64,000 bases of DNA, from contig CBDIID010000003.1 in the NCBI GenBank assembly GCA_965279515.1, positions 352,001-416,000 on the forward strand. The letters are read 5' to 3'. The notes under the pieces are model-generated. The model saw only the letters and a list, made by a program, of their open reading frames with translations. It did no database searches and had not been told where the DNA came from. This DNA comes from Turneriella sp. GTDB taxonomy: Bacteria; Spirochaetota; Leptospiria; Turneriellales; Turneriellaceae. Position numbers and translations under genes: made by a program. Below, one piece after another: positions 30,090 to 43,128 of the stretch; the stretch's first letter is position 1, and each line of letters opens with the position of its first letter.

Positions 30090-30968
30090 ATGAAGAAATT
30101 CGCCGTCTTCGTGCTGGTTTATACCCTGGCCGTAATCTTGTTCGGCGCCTATGTGCGTATTTCGGGCTCGGGCGCCGGTTGCGGCGAGCACTGGCCTAGC
30201 TGCGAGGGCGAGGTCATGCCGGGTGACCTGTTCAAAAACCATGCAAAAACCATTGAGTTCACGCACCGTACCACCAGCGGGCTTTCGGGCGTCTTTGTCA
30301 TCATCCTTGCCATTGGTGCTTATGCAGCCAAGGCCAGCCCCTCGGCGAAGCGCTGGGCCATGATTTCATTGGTGCTCATCATTACCGAAGGGCTTTTGGG
30401 CGCTTCCCTCGTGTTATTCAAATGGGTTGGGCTCGATGCGTCGCGCGGCCGTGGCATCATGATGCCGCTGCACCTGGGGAATACCTATCTCTTACTCACG
30501 GCGCTCACGCAGACCGTGCGCGCTTTTTATAATCCGCAGGCGATTTACAGATTTGTCGCAAACCGTGCCGTCAAGATCGGCGCCCTGTTGCTGTTTGTGA
30601 CCGGCATGTTCGGCGCACTGGCAGCGCTGGGTGATACACTTTTCCCCGGCACCCGCGGCCTCGTCACCGAAGGGCATACGTACCTGAAGCTCAGAAACAT
30701 CCATCCCTTTCTCGCGGTGCTGACTATTGGCCACATTCTGGCGGTGGCGGTGCGCCAGAGGGATCTATACCGTACCCAGGTTTTCGGCCGTTATGCGATC
30801 TGCGACGTGATTCTGTTTCTGACGGCGCTGCAAGGCATCATCGGTGTAGTCAATATTATTCTCAGCGCGCCTCCCTTCATGCAGATTGCCCACCTCTTGG
30901 GTTCCGATACCCTGTGGATTTTTTACGGGATCTGGCTTTTTGAAGAACATGAAAATACCTTACGATAA
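30090..30968 (+). CDS. ctaA: Heme A synthase (COX15/CtaA)
   Basis: GAYVRISGSGAGCGEHWPSC and IEFTHR motifs, multiple TM helices and conserved His residues. Confidence 0.88.
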   Translation: MKKFAVFVLVYTLAVILFGAYVRISGSGAGCGEHWPSCEGEVMPGDLFKNHAKTIEFTHRTTSGLSGVFVIILAIGAYAAKASPSAKRWAMISLVLIITEGLLGASLVLFKWVGLDASRGRGIMMPLHLGNTYLLLTALTQTVRAFYNPQAIYRFVANRAVKIGALLLFVTGMFGALAALGDTLFPGTRGLVTEGHTYLKLRNIHPFLAVLTIGHILAVAVRQRDLYRTQVFGRYAICDVILFLTALQGIIGVVNIILSAPPFMQIAHLLGSDTLWIFYGIWLFEEHENTLR

Positions 30969-31725
30969 ACCGTTCGGCGCTTTTCTACGCTACATTAGAG
31001 AGGCGTACCCGGCCGCCGAATACGGCGAAGCTTTTATTCCGATGATCGCGCATAAGGCGACCGCGGGGTATGTGCTCGAAAAATATTTCCCGGAACTAAT
31101 GCCTGAATTTGTCAAACGCAACGGCGAATTCGTTTACGCAATCTCTGAACCCGGGTGGGCGAATTCACCGCTGAACATCAAGAGTACGCTTACGAAACAC
31201 GACGACGGCTCATTTGAACTCTATGCGCATAAAGCGTTTATCCTCGACGGCGACCTCGGTATCTTCGTTACAAAATTCGAAAAGGAATACGCCCTGGTTA
31301 TGGTCGATACCGACTATTACCGCAGTTTTCGCGTGCCGCTCGAAATGCCCGAGGCGACATTCCGCGTCTCTGCCGATCGTTTTATCACGCATTATAAAGC
31401 CGAATTCACCGCAAATCTCGGTTCTGCGCTTTACCGTACTATTTCAAAACGCGAAGTCCTGTTATTATCGCGCACGATTGTTTTTCGCGAACAGGTCGCC
31501 TATTCGATACTCGCTGCCGCTGAAGCCGCCAAAAGCGCCGACATGAGTGCCATCGATTCCCGGGTAGAACTTTTGTGCGAGCGCGCCAAAGAAGAACCGG
31601 GTCAGGACGACATCGCCGTGGCACGTGAGATTTTATCCGCGGCAATCGTGCGCATTCTCGCGCAGCCGAATACCCATGGCTTCTGGAAGTGGTTAGGCAG
31701 GTTTGTTAAGCCGACTTCGTCTTAA
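30949..31725 (+). CDS. Hypothetical protein, remote acyl-CoA dehydrogenase-like
   Basis: YAISEPG and FELYAHKAFI resemble the ACAD ALTEP / LNGxKxFI motifs. Confidence 0.5.
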   Translation: MKIPYDKPFGAFLRYIREAYPAAEYGEAFIPMIAHKATAGYVLEKYFPELMPEFVKRNGEFVYAISEPGWANSPLNIKSTLTKHDDGSFELYAHKAFILDGDLGIFVTKFEKEYALVMVDTDYYRSFRVPLEMPEATFRVSADRFITHYKAEFTANLGSALYRTISKREVLLLSRTIVFREQVAYSILAAAEAAKSADMSAIDSRVELLCERAKEEPGQDDIAVAREILSAAIVRILAQPNTHGFWKWLGRFVKPTSS

Positions 31726-32224
31726 CACTGAAAGAATCGAAAAATTCCATATCGCTCTCGGAAAGCCTGTCTTTGCTGAGGCCCATCTGGGCGAAATAAC
31801 CGCCGAGAATGCCGAGGTGAATCCTTTCATCGTCTTCACCGCTTCTTAAGCCCTGGTCTTTGGCGATACTTTCTGAATATTGCTGCATGACGCTGTCGAT
31901 GAATGCCTGTGTTTTTTCCGTAAAAATGAGACAGGCGGCGATAAAATCGAAGATCACGGTTTCGCAAATCTTTTCAAAATCAACTTCGTTTTTTTCCCAA
32001 TGGTCAGATGCAATCTCAGCGGCAAAAAAATCGCCCCAAGTTGTGACATCCGGTGTGACACCGAAACGGCCGACAATGCCGTCCAGTTCGGCTTTTTCCA
32101 GGTAAGGCCGTGTTGCCAGGCGTTCGGCCGTGGTGGCGACGCTGACCAGGTTGCGCAATTTACGGGGCGTCAGCTTTTTCTGAAGAATGAAGCTCTCAAG
32201 AGCGCGCCGAACGGTTGGCTGCAT
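31706..32224 (-). CDS. Hypothetical protein
   Basis: 172-aa ORF with natural composition. Confidence 0.7.
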   Translation of the reverse strand: MQPTVRRALESFILQKKLTPRKLRNLVSVATTAERLATRPYLEKAELDGIVGRFGVTPDVTTWGDFFAAEIASDHWEKNEVDFEKICETVIFDFIAACLIFTEKTQAFIDSVMQQYSESIAKDQGLRSGEDDERIHLGILGGYFAQMGLSKDRLSESDMEFFDSFSVKTKSA

Positions 32225-32271
32225 GACTGATTATCGGATTTTTCTGGAATTTGCATAATGAAATTTGCGCC

Positions 32272-32937
32272 TTAAATACCCTTCTCGACTTTAAAGTCAT
32301 CAAAGGTCTGAATATTCGGCGATGACGAACCGGCACGAATTCCGGGTTTTCCTGCAGAATACGTGGTATCTGTCGTGTTAATGGATTTTATCAAGGAGCC
32401 GCTGCCATCTTTGAGGTTGAGCGTCAATGCACTGCCATTCAGCAGAAATTCGATCCCATAGGGAGTCGACAGGTTAAGCCCGCCGGCAGAGTTCACCATC
32501 ATGGCAGAACTGCCTGATGCAAAACGGTAGATGATCAGATTGCTCTCATCTGCGCCGGCTCCATAACCATTATTGGCCGTACCGTCGGTGCGCGCAAACA
32601 GAAATAGTTCGCGACGGGTACCTGCGGCGGGAATCGTCGTTTTCGCTGAAAGCCGGATACAACTATCGCTCATGGGCTGGTTGTAATATGCATTGGCGTT
32701 GTTCGAGCCGCGTATCGCGGCACCGGCATTCGATGAAACATTCATGGTCGCTCCGGACGTGCCATAATCCATCGTCCAGTTTCCACCCAGTCCGGTGCTA
32801 TTGCCCCTGTTAAAATCATCGGAGATGACTGTTGAAAAGGCCGAACAAGCAGAACTCGATGCAGAATCGCTGCTATTATTACAAAACGATGTTAAGCCGG
32901 CTAAAAAAAGAATAGAGACTCGCACTATTTTTTTCAT
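32272..32937 (-). CDS. Lipoprotein with beta-sandwich (ConA/lectin-like) domain
   Basis: Lipobox LTSFC and Ser linker; DDFNRGNS..LGGNW and TDTTYSAGKPGI..FDDFKV motifs. Confidence 0.75.
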   Translation of the reverse strand: MKKIVRVSILFLAGLTSFCNNSSDSASSSACSAFSTVISDDFNRGNSTGLGGNWTMDYGTSGATMNVSSNAGAAIRGSNNANAYYNQPMSDSCIRLSAKTTIPAAGTRRELFLFARTDGTANNGYGAGADESNLIIYRFASGSSAMMVNSAGGLNLSTPYGIEFLLNGSALTLNLKDGSGSLIKSINTTDTTYSAGKPGIRAGSSSPNIQTFDDFKVEKGI

Positions 32938-33038
32938 ACGCCCTCCGGAAGTTTTGTCTGGAAGGCAGCAACCTGGCCCGGACCTCTAGGGTCGGCAAGT
33001 AAATTCAGGAAATCGGCAAGGGGAAAAACCGCAGGGTG

Positions 33039-33368
33039 TTATTTTTTATCGCCCTCCCAAAGACCGCCATTATCACCGGATATTCCGCTGCCCCAGGTTC
33101 CGGATATCTTCTTGCGGTCATTCAGGAGCCTGAAATGGCCCTTGCCCCATACGCCATTCGTTTGCCACCATTTATAGACAAGCGTGTCGCCATCGATAAC
33201 GCCTTCGATTTCACCCGGCGCCGGTACAGAATATGCCCCGGTCACCCTTTTGCCATCCTGGCGTAGCTCAAGAATACCCCAATTGGTTGTATACCGCCCG
33301 GTAAAATCCACCGCATAGTTGGCGCTGATTGCCCCCAGCAGGAATAAGGTAAGTATTTTTATTCGCAT
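33039..33368 (-). CDS. Small secreted beta-rich protein
   Basis: Signal peptide; FTGRYTTNWG..LRQDGKRVTGAY..ISGTWG. Confidence 0.75.
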   Translation of the reverse strand: MRIKILTLFLLGAISANYAVDFTGRYTTNWGILELRQDGKRVTGAYSVPAPGEIEGVIDGDTLVYKWWQTNGVWGKGHFRLLNDRKKISGTWGSGISGDNGGLWEGDKK

Positions 33369-33424
33369 GCTGCTTAGACGTTAGAGCTGCGAAATTGTTT
33401 ATTTTTTGCCCTTACCTGCCGCTA

Positions 33425-33811
33425 CTATCGGGCAGCAGTTTTTCGCCGGCTGATTGTATGCGCGACGGTAATAATCAGCGGAAATACCAGTTCGGGAATT
33501 AAATAACCCAGCCAAACGGCGCGCGGTTCGGGTAGGCCGACGATGCTGATCGAGACAAGCCGACCGACAGCCGCCATGAAAACGCCGAAGGCAATGAGAT
33601 AAATCAGGGTTCCTTGTTGCCGTATCGTCCATGCCGTCCACAGGCAAATCGGTCCCATGGAAAAATATACCCCTGCGAGAAAGCGGTGCACGTTATCCAG
33701 CCGCGGTGTTGTCTGCGGTTCGCCCAGATACATCTGCACGCTGCCGCCGAAGAACGAGATGGCAGCGACGAGAAAAAGGCAAACCTGTACGGTGCGTGTG
33801 CTGATGGGCAT
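33425..33811 (-). CDS. DUF4345-like membrane protein
   Basis: LDNVHRFLAGVY and GRLVSISIVGLP motifs; four TM helices. Confidence 0.8.
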   Translation of the reverse strand: MPISTRTVQVCLFLVAAISFFGGSVQMYLGEPQTTPRLDNVHRFLAGVYFSMGPICLWTAWTIRQQGTLIYLIAFGVFMAAVGRLVSISIVGLPEPRAVWLGYLIPELVFPLIITVAHTISRRKTAAR

Positions 33812-33855
33812 GCATCGCGGTGCAGCTCCTTATTACTTTGTCAATGGTTAATCGT

Positions 33856-35895
33856 TTAGGTAATTTCGATGCGCATGAGTGAAAGATCGTCCGTGCGCTC
33901 GCCGTAGCGTTCCAGAATTTCCAGGATATTTTCAAGACCGCCGCCCGCTTCTTCTACAACCGTACGGAAACGGTCTTCGTCACTGTCAATCTGCGAGGCA
34001 ATCTGCAGATCGTCGCGTCCGTCGGAACCCAGTATTAAAATATCACCCTTGTGCAGCATGATACGGCGGATGCTTAGCTTTTTTGACAACTGGGGCATGC
34101 CCAGCTTATGGGTCGATAACTCACTTTCAATAAAACCGGCCTTGCCGCTGCGCAAGAGCACCGTCCAGGGATGTTCGCAATTAAAATAATACATGGTTCC
34201 CGATTCACCGTGGATGAGCCCGCAGGCAGCAGACATCAGCATGGAATAATCGAACAGGGAAAAGATATGGTTCAGCTCGTGGTAGATTTTCGCGAGGTAC
34301 TGTTCGGGCCTGGCTGCGATCTTCACGCGCTGCGAATGGCGATCCAGAATCGAATGCAGCGTAACTCCGCAGATCAGGGCTCCCGAAGCCCCCTGCGTGG
34401 ATTTCCCCATCGCATCACCATTAAAGAAGAACAGCCATTCGCCTTCGGAATCTTCGAAAGACAGCGGCGCCATCAGGCAGTAGTCGCCACCGATATCCCC
34501 GGTGCGGCCGCGGAAGTGGTATTTCTTTTTCTGTTCCACGATAAATTCTGCACGGATATGCGGAATGTCGTGCGCGCGCCCCGAGAGTGGTCGCAAGAGC
34601 AGATCGGTCAGGAAATAATCGCCCTCCTGGCTTTCTTTGAGCGCGGTAATGCTGGAAAGCGCGTCATTGAGATCCCTTGTCCGTTCGATGACTTTGATCT
34701 CCAGTGTATCGCGCGCTTCCTGGATCTCGCTGATCTTTTTCTGCAGTTCGGCCGCGAGGGTATTGAAACCCAGCGCCACTTCGCCCAATTCGTCGCGCGA
34801 ATGTTTCGAGATACGCTGGTCGAGATCGCCCTGCGCATACCCTCTCATCGCACCTGAAATCGAAGAGGCGTAATAGGCAATATTGTGGCCGATTTTGAGG
34901 GCAAAAATAATTCCGAAAAAAACCACCGCTAAACTGAAGAGGAAAGATCCCCAAATGATGGTATAAAGCAGCGCGCGCGAAAACGGCGGTGTGACTGCGA
35001 TCACGATTCCGGCCTTATTAATCTCTCCTGACAGGCGCTCTGTCAAAATGGGCAGGTAGCGCATATCGACGGTTTGTTTCGTTGCCGATTTGCCGGCACC
35101 GAGGTTCAGCCGCCGCGTTTCAGACCAACTTAAATTTTCCTCACCATAAGCGCTGTCGTTTCCGGCACTCAAAAAGCCCGCGAATGAAGACGAAATGATC
35201 TTACCGTTCAGTACGAAAAAAACACCTGCCTGCGTCAGATTCGCCAGCGCAGCGGCGAAGCCGTCGTTGAGGATGTACCCCGCGGTGATGGCTCCTACCG
35301 TTTCCCCTTCCTGGTAAACGGGCACAGTATTTTGCAGAATGAGTTGTTTGTCATCAAAGGTCAGAATCGCGGTGTTCTCGCCCTTTTTCAGGGCACGCTC
35401 TACAGGCAGCGACTTGCTTTCGTCGTCGCCAAATTCCGAAGTCTTATGACTGCGCACGACTACAATGCCCTTGCGGTCGTGCACGGTAATGCGGTTGAGA
35501 TCAACGCTCGACTGCACCTGGTTGCATACCCGCAAAATCGGCCCGACATTGATCGCTTCAACCAGGAGTTCCTTCTTAATATACGGGTTCTCAGCGAGCA
35601 TTTTCGCGTAGACCAGGGTTGTTCGTTCATAAAAATTATAGGCGTTCTTTGTCGCGACCATCTTCTCAATCAGCGTCAGGTCGAGCTGTCCCTTCAGCTG
35701 GATATAGAGAAACAGAAACAGCAGGCCGAGGAGTGAAATCATCGGTAACGTCGCTGCGAGAATAATAAAATTGATTTTTCCGCTCAGCGAATAATTTTTG
35801 ATGCGCACATAGAGACTTTTGGGAACCAGTCTTTTGGTTTCCAGGTACCGGATCGCACGCTCCAGCTTTGCCGCGATGGAATTCTTAAGGCTCAT
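33856..35895 (-). CDS. Membrane sensor: Cache - HAMP - SpoIIE/PP2C phosphatase
   Basis: Two TM helices flank a Cache-like domain; HAMP motif DELGEVALGFN; GGDYC, GDAMGKS and GSDGRDD..TDDLS phosphatase motifs. Confidence 0.88.
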   Translation of the reverse strand: MSLKNSIAAKLERAIRYLETKRLVPKSLYVRIKNYSLSGKINFIILAATLPMISLLGLLFLFLYIQLKGQLDLTLIEKMVATKNAYNFYERTTLVYAKMLAENPYIKKELLVEAINVGPILRVCNQVQSSVDLNRITVHDRKGIVVVRSHKTSEFGDDESKSLPVERALKKGENTAILTFDDKQLILQNTVPVYQEGETVGAITAGYILNDGFAAALANLTQAGVFFVLNGKIISSSFAGFLSAGNDSAYGEENLSWSETRRLNLGAGKSATKQTVDMRYLPILTERLSGEINKAGIVIAVTPPFSRALLYTIIWGSFLFSLAVVFFGIIFALKIGHNIAYYASSISGAMRGYAQGDLDQRISKHSRDELGEVALGFNTLAAELQKKISEIQEARDTLEIKVIERTRDLNDALSSITALKESQEGDYFLTDLLLRPLSGRAHDIPHIRAEFIVEQKKKYHFRGRTGDIGGDYCLMAPLSFEDSEGEWLFFFNGDAMGKSTQGASGALICGVTLHSILDRHSQRVKIAARPEQYLAKIYHELNHIFSLFDYSMLMSAACGLIHGESGTMYYFNCEHPWTVLLRSGKAGFIESELSTHKLGMPQLSKKLSIRRIMLHKGDILILGSDGRDDLQIASQIDSDEDRFRTVVEEAGGGLENILEILERYGERTDDLSLMRIEIT

Positions 35896-36904
35896 TCTTT
35901 TTTTCCGGCGGCGGCTTGTACGCTTTCACGAGACGGCTCGTTTGCCTGACGACCTCGTAAATCTTAGGCGGATGAACTACGTATCCTGAATAAGGTGATC
36001 CGAGGGCTTTGTTCAGGACTTTTTCTCCGGCGGCATTCGTCGTCTCGCGATTGATGGCGAGCAGATGTTTCTGCAGTTTTTCTGCAAATGCCGTGCCTTT
36101 CTTGCGGTAGACAACGATGGCGTCGTAGGGAATCGGATCGGTTTTCATCAATACGGAAATTTTCTTCTCTTTAAAAGCCGAACTTTTTTCCGAAAAACCG
36201 CTGTGTGTTGCCCCTGCATCCGCCTTGCCATTGACCACAGCCTCGACAACATGGGCATGCGAGCCGAGGTAATAAATCTTCGAGAAAAATTTGTACGGAT
36301 CGATGCCTTTCTGCAACAGCAGCGCGAGCGGAAATTTATAGCCCGACGAACTTCCTTTCTCCACGAAGGCGAAGGATTTTCCCCTGAGGTCGTTCAGGCT
36401 TTTAATTCCGGGGCGGGTGATGATCTGCCCGCGGTAATAACTATTGCCGTCGTTCTGTGTCGAAGCGATGTAGATCGCATCTTTGCCGATGCCTTCCTCG
36501 AGGGCATCGCTGTACGCCCCGGAAGAAAATGCGGCGATGTGGATAATGCCGCGCTTGAGATCGGATACGAGGTCGTGGTATTCCTGCGCCACCATGAAAC
36601 GGATGCGCACATGCATTTTTTCACTGAGATAGGCAAGAAAAGGCTCGTGCATGCGCCGGAGTTTTTCCGGGTCTTCCCATGGAGTGATGCCGAAATTGAT
36701 TGCCTCTGAGGGTAAGTTGTCAGCCAGCGAACCTTTGGCGCTGATATCCTTTTCGCCATAGACTTCACTCTTCCTGCCGGCCGCGAGCGAAGCGACGTCG
36801 ACACTACTGCCCCCGCCGCAGCCCGTGAGGAGCGCCAGCAGGGAAATTTGGATCAGCCATTTGGGTCGGTAAACCTGCCGCCTGAGGCATGCAGCCATGG
36901 CCAC
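35885..36904 (-). CDS. PhnD/PtxB-like phosphate/phosphite/phosphonate-binding lipoprotein
   Basis: Lipobox LLTGC; YYRGQII, LRGKSFAFVEKGSSSGYKFP and GSHAHVVEAVVNGKADAGA motifs; start uncertain. Confidence 0.85.
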   Translation of the reverse strand: MAMAACLRRQVYRPKWLIQISLLALLTGCGGGSSVDVASLAAGRKSEVYGEKDISAKGSLADNLPSEAINFGITPWEDPEKLRRMHEPFLAYLSEKMHVRIRFMVAQEYHDLVSDLKRGIIHIAAFSSGAYSDALEEGIGKDAIYIASTQNDGNSYYRGQIITRPGIKSLNDLRGKSFAFVEKGSSSGYKFPLALLLQKGIDPYKFFSKIYYLGSHAHVVEAVVNGKADAGATHSGFSEKSSAFKEKKISVLMKTDPIPYDAIVVYRKKGTAFAEKLQKHLLAINRETTNAAGEKVLNKALGSPYSGYVVHPPKIYEVVRQTSRLVKAYKPPPEKKNEP

Positions 36905-36957
36905 GGCTGTACAGCGAGTTCAAAGAGTAAAGCACGAAGTCCGTGCAAGGTATTAAC

Positions 36958-38997
36958 TCAGGTAAACTTTGTGGCACCGGCAGAAAGCAAGACATCCCGC
37001 AACTCTGCCAGTTCAAAGGGCTTTACCAGCATCCCATCCATGCCTGACGCTATCACCTGCTCCCTGATATCAGCCTGCGCGTTGGCGGTCAGCGCGACAA
37101 TGCGTGGTTGGCGGATTGCCCTGTCGGCCCTGATCGCCTTTGCGGCATCATAGCCGTCCAATTCCGGCATAAAAATATCCATGAAAATAAGATCATAACT
37201 TTTCTCCCGCGCCCTTGCCACCGCTTCAATCCCGTTCGGGGCAAAGTCTGTGGCATAACCGAAGGCGGCAAGGCTCGCTTCGGTCACAATCTGGTTGATT
37301 TCATTGTCTTCCGCGACCAGGATGTGGAGCGGATTTCTTCCAGCAAGGGTTGCATCCGGCCCGGACGGGGTTTGCGCCCCGGAGACCACTGCATGGGGAA
37401 CGACAAACTCGCTCTCAGCGACAACGGGAAAAGTCAGCGAGAAGAAAAAAACCGAACCCTTATCCGGCGTACTCTCGACCTTCAGCGCACCGCCCATCAG
37501 TAACAAAAGCTCTGAAGCGATTGGCAGCCCCAACCCGGTGCCGCCGTATTTGCGCGAAGTCGACTCATCCGCCTGCACATAGGCGCCGAAGATGCGCAAC
37601 AAGACATCCTGCGTCATACCGATGCCGGTGTCGTGGACGGCAAAATATACCGTGACGGTATTCTCCGTGCGCTGGGTTTCCCTGACCTCGAGATGGATTT
37701 CTCCCGCATGTGTAAACTTTGCCGCATTACTCAAAAGATTCGTCAGAATCTGGCGCAGGCGCAGGTTGTCGCCGACGAGCAGTTTCGGAATTCTCTCATC
37801 GAGACTTAGTCTCATTTCGAGATCCCGGGTATTCGAACTCGTAATGAGCTGGTAGGTTTCAACCACCAGCGCCTCCAGCGAAAAAGGCGCGTTTTCGATC
37901 TTCAGGTGCGCCGCCTCGATTTTTGAAAAATCGAGCACGTCGTTCAGGAGCTTCAGCAACACCTGCCCCGAATCCAGGATAATCCTTACCTGATGCGCCT
38001 GTTCCTTTTCGAGCCTGCTCCACTGGAACAGGCGGGCGATGCCGAGAATACCGTTCATCGGCGTGCGGATCTCATGCGTCATACGGGCGAGAAAACGTGA
38101 TTTAGCCTCGCCCGCTTCACCGAGCAATTTGCCGGAATGTTCACTGCGCACCAATTGCCGGTTTTGTAATGCCATGCCGAGAATCGTCAGCGCACTCGAA
38201 AAAACAAAAACCATGAGGCTGATGTTGGTGTCCGCAGGCTTTAGCGCGGCAAAGGGCCCCAGCCCCCGGGCCGTAGCGGCAATCACCGCAATCATGGATA
38301 AGGCACTCAAGGCCATAACCAGAAAGAGCTGTGCGTTAAAGGACAATAACAAAAGCAATGGCAAGACGGCATAAATCGCGCTGGGCAGGCGCGTCACACT
38401 GAGTACGAGAATGGCAATGAGCATCAGGCCGCAGATCACCAGCCAGCGCCAACTTCGGGCATCCATGGAGCGGTATTCGCGCCACCCCTGGTATAACGGA
38501 TAAACCAGGAGAATGCCGAGGCTGTCGGCCAGCGTCAGCTGTAGAAAAAAAGCCGGCAATTCATCCGGTACCAGGTAGTCCCCTGCCCAAAGCGAAGAGG
38601 TCAGCGCAATACTCGTCAGCGTCGTTGTTACCAGGCAAATCCAAAAACCAAAGGGCAACAGGTCGTGAACCGTAAGCAAGCCCTGCGGCAGGTAACGTTT
38701 CAGGAGTTTTGCCGCGACCAGGCCAGCACTGCCATCGACGAGGGCAACGCCCATGACGGGCCAGATTTTGATCACTGGCCCGCTATTCAATCCGGGAAAA
38801 TTCGCCGCAAAACTCGCGGCCACCACAAGCGGAAACACGCGGATGCCCCACGCGAGGTTCATGAGCAACGCCACGCCGGATGGTAGCCATAACAGGGTGA
38901 TGTTGCCGGGCTTCAGCGCAAAAACAGCCATGCCGAAGCGGGCCAGCAAATAATAGATGAATGCGGCAAACAGCGCCTTAGCTACGCTGCGCAGCAT
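36958..38997 (-). CDS. MASE1 hybrid histidine kinase/response regulator
   Basis: MASE1-like TM region (LWLPSG), H-box THEIRTPMNG, N/G boxes and a receiver domain (LIFMDIFMPELDG). Confidence 0.92.
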   Translation of the reverse strand: MLRSVAKALFAAFIYYLLARFGMAVFALKPGNITLLWLPSGVALLMNLAWGIRVFPLVVAASFAANFPGLNSGPVIKIWPVMGVALVDGSAGLVAAKLLKRYLPQGLLTVHDLLPFGFWICLVTTTLTSIALTSSLWAGDYLVPDELPAFFLQLTLADSLGILLVYPLYQGWREYRSMDARSWRWLVICGLMLIAILVLSVTRLPSAIYAVLPLLLLLSFNAQLFLVMALSALSMIAVIAATARGLGPFAALKPADTNISLMVFVFSSALTILGMALQNRQLVRSEHSGKLLGEAGEAKSRFLARMTHEIRTPMNGILGIARLFQWSRLEKEQAHQVRIILDSGQVLLKLLNDVLDFSKIEAAHLKIENAPFSLEALVVETYQLITSSNTRDLEMRLSLDERIPKLLVGDNLRLRQILTNLLSNAAKFTHAGEIHLEVRETQRTENTVTVYFAVHDTGIGMTQDVLLRIFGAYVQADESTSRKYGGTGLGLPIASELLLLMGGALKVESTPDKGSVFFFSLTFPVVAESEFVVPHAVVSGAQTPSGPDATLAGRNPLHILVAEDNEINQIVTEASLAAFGYATDFAPNGIEAVARAREKSYDLIFMDIFMPELDGYDAAKAIRADRAIRQPRIVALTANAQADIREQVIASGMDGMLVKPFELAELRDVLLSAGATKFT

Positions 38998-39043
38998 ATT
39001 CGCATTTCCTTTGCAAAAAAATCAGATCGCCGGCGAAAGGCGA

Positions 39044-42048
<3,005 letters not shown>

Positions 42049-42180
42049 CCAGTTCTATACTGGGTTGCCTGTAGGCATTCAGCATCGCCCGGAAAAACCC
42101 AAAAAAGCGACAAATGGCAATTTTTGAATAAATAGTGTAAAAAAGATTGTCATCCTGCCTGAAGGAAAAATCCTGGGCGC

Positions 42181-43113
42181 ATGAAAAAAAATAAGTTGCT
42201 GATCATATCATTTGTAATGCTTAGTTTTATTCTTACAAATTGTGCGAAATCAGAAGATTCGAGTACGAGTGCAAGTCTGAGTTGGACCGCACGAACCATG
42301 CCGGCAAGCGGCCAATGGAATAGAGTAGCATATGGCAATGGCACTTTCGTGGCAGTGGTCGCCAATAGCACGATAGCTGCAACCTCGCCAGACGGGATCA
42401 CATGGACGCAGCGCACATTGCCTGTGAGTTTCGGTAATGCGGGGTTAACATTTGGAAACGGGATTTTTGTATCGGTAGCTTTCGGGACGACGGCGTTGAC
42501 CTCACCGGATGGTATTACCTGGACGCAGCGTACTATGCCAGCCTCCATTTTTTGGCAAAGCGTAACTTATGGAAACGGCGTTTTCGTCGCGGTTTCAAAT
42601 TCAGGCGTTAACGCCGCAGCGACATCTCCCGACGGTATCACTTGGACACTTCGCAGCTTGTTCCAGAACACTTGGCAATCTGTTGCTTACGGTAATGGGG
42701 TGTTCGTCGCGGTCGCGAGCAACAGTGTCCTTAGCGCAACATCGCCAGACGGTATTACCTGGGCAAACAGGTCAATGGGTGTTACCGCAAGTTGGTATTC
42801 TGTCGCATTTGGTAACGGAACTTTTGTCGCCATTGATTCCAGTGATGGAACGAGGGCAGCTTCGAGTACCGACGGTATTACTTGGACGGCAAGAACCTTA
42901 CCAACAAAGACATACTGGGGTTCTGTTGCTTTTGGCAACGGAAAATTTGCGGTGATAGGCTCCAGTTCTGCTAGCTCTGCTTCCTCAACCGACGGAAGTA
43001 CGTGGACAGCAGCAAGTCTGCCCAGTTCTGCGCAGTGGACAGCCCTCGGGTTTGGAAACGGGACTTTTGTTACAATCGCATCATCGAGCGCAAGCGCCGC
43101 GACTTCGCCCTGA
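42181..43113 (+). CDS. Lipoprotein of tandem ~40-aa Asp-box-like repeats (beta-propeller)
   Basis: Lipobox LTNC; seven W..VAYGNGxFVAV..TSPDGITWT units. Confidence 0.85.
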   Translation: MKKNKLLIISFVMLSFILTNCAKSEDSSTSASLSWTARTMPASGQWNRVAYGNGTFVAVVANSTIAATSPDGITWTQRTLPVSFGNAGLTFGNGIFVSVAFGTTALTSPDGITWTQRTMPASIFWQSVTYGNGVFVAVSNSGVNAAATSPDGITWTLRSLFQNTWQSVAYGNGVFVAVASNSVLSATSPDGITWANRSMGVTASWYSVAFGNGTFVAIDSSDGTRAASSTDGITWTARTLPTKTYWGSVAFGNGKFAVIGSSSASSASSTDGSTWTAASLPSSAQWTALGFGNGTFVTIASSSASAATSP

Positions 43114-43128
43114 TCGGTTGGTGTGGGA

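Noticed and set aside
42270..43110. Periodic DNA repeats as a CRISPR array
   Set aside because: They are degenerate in-frame protein repeats with no identical direct repeats and no cas genes.
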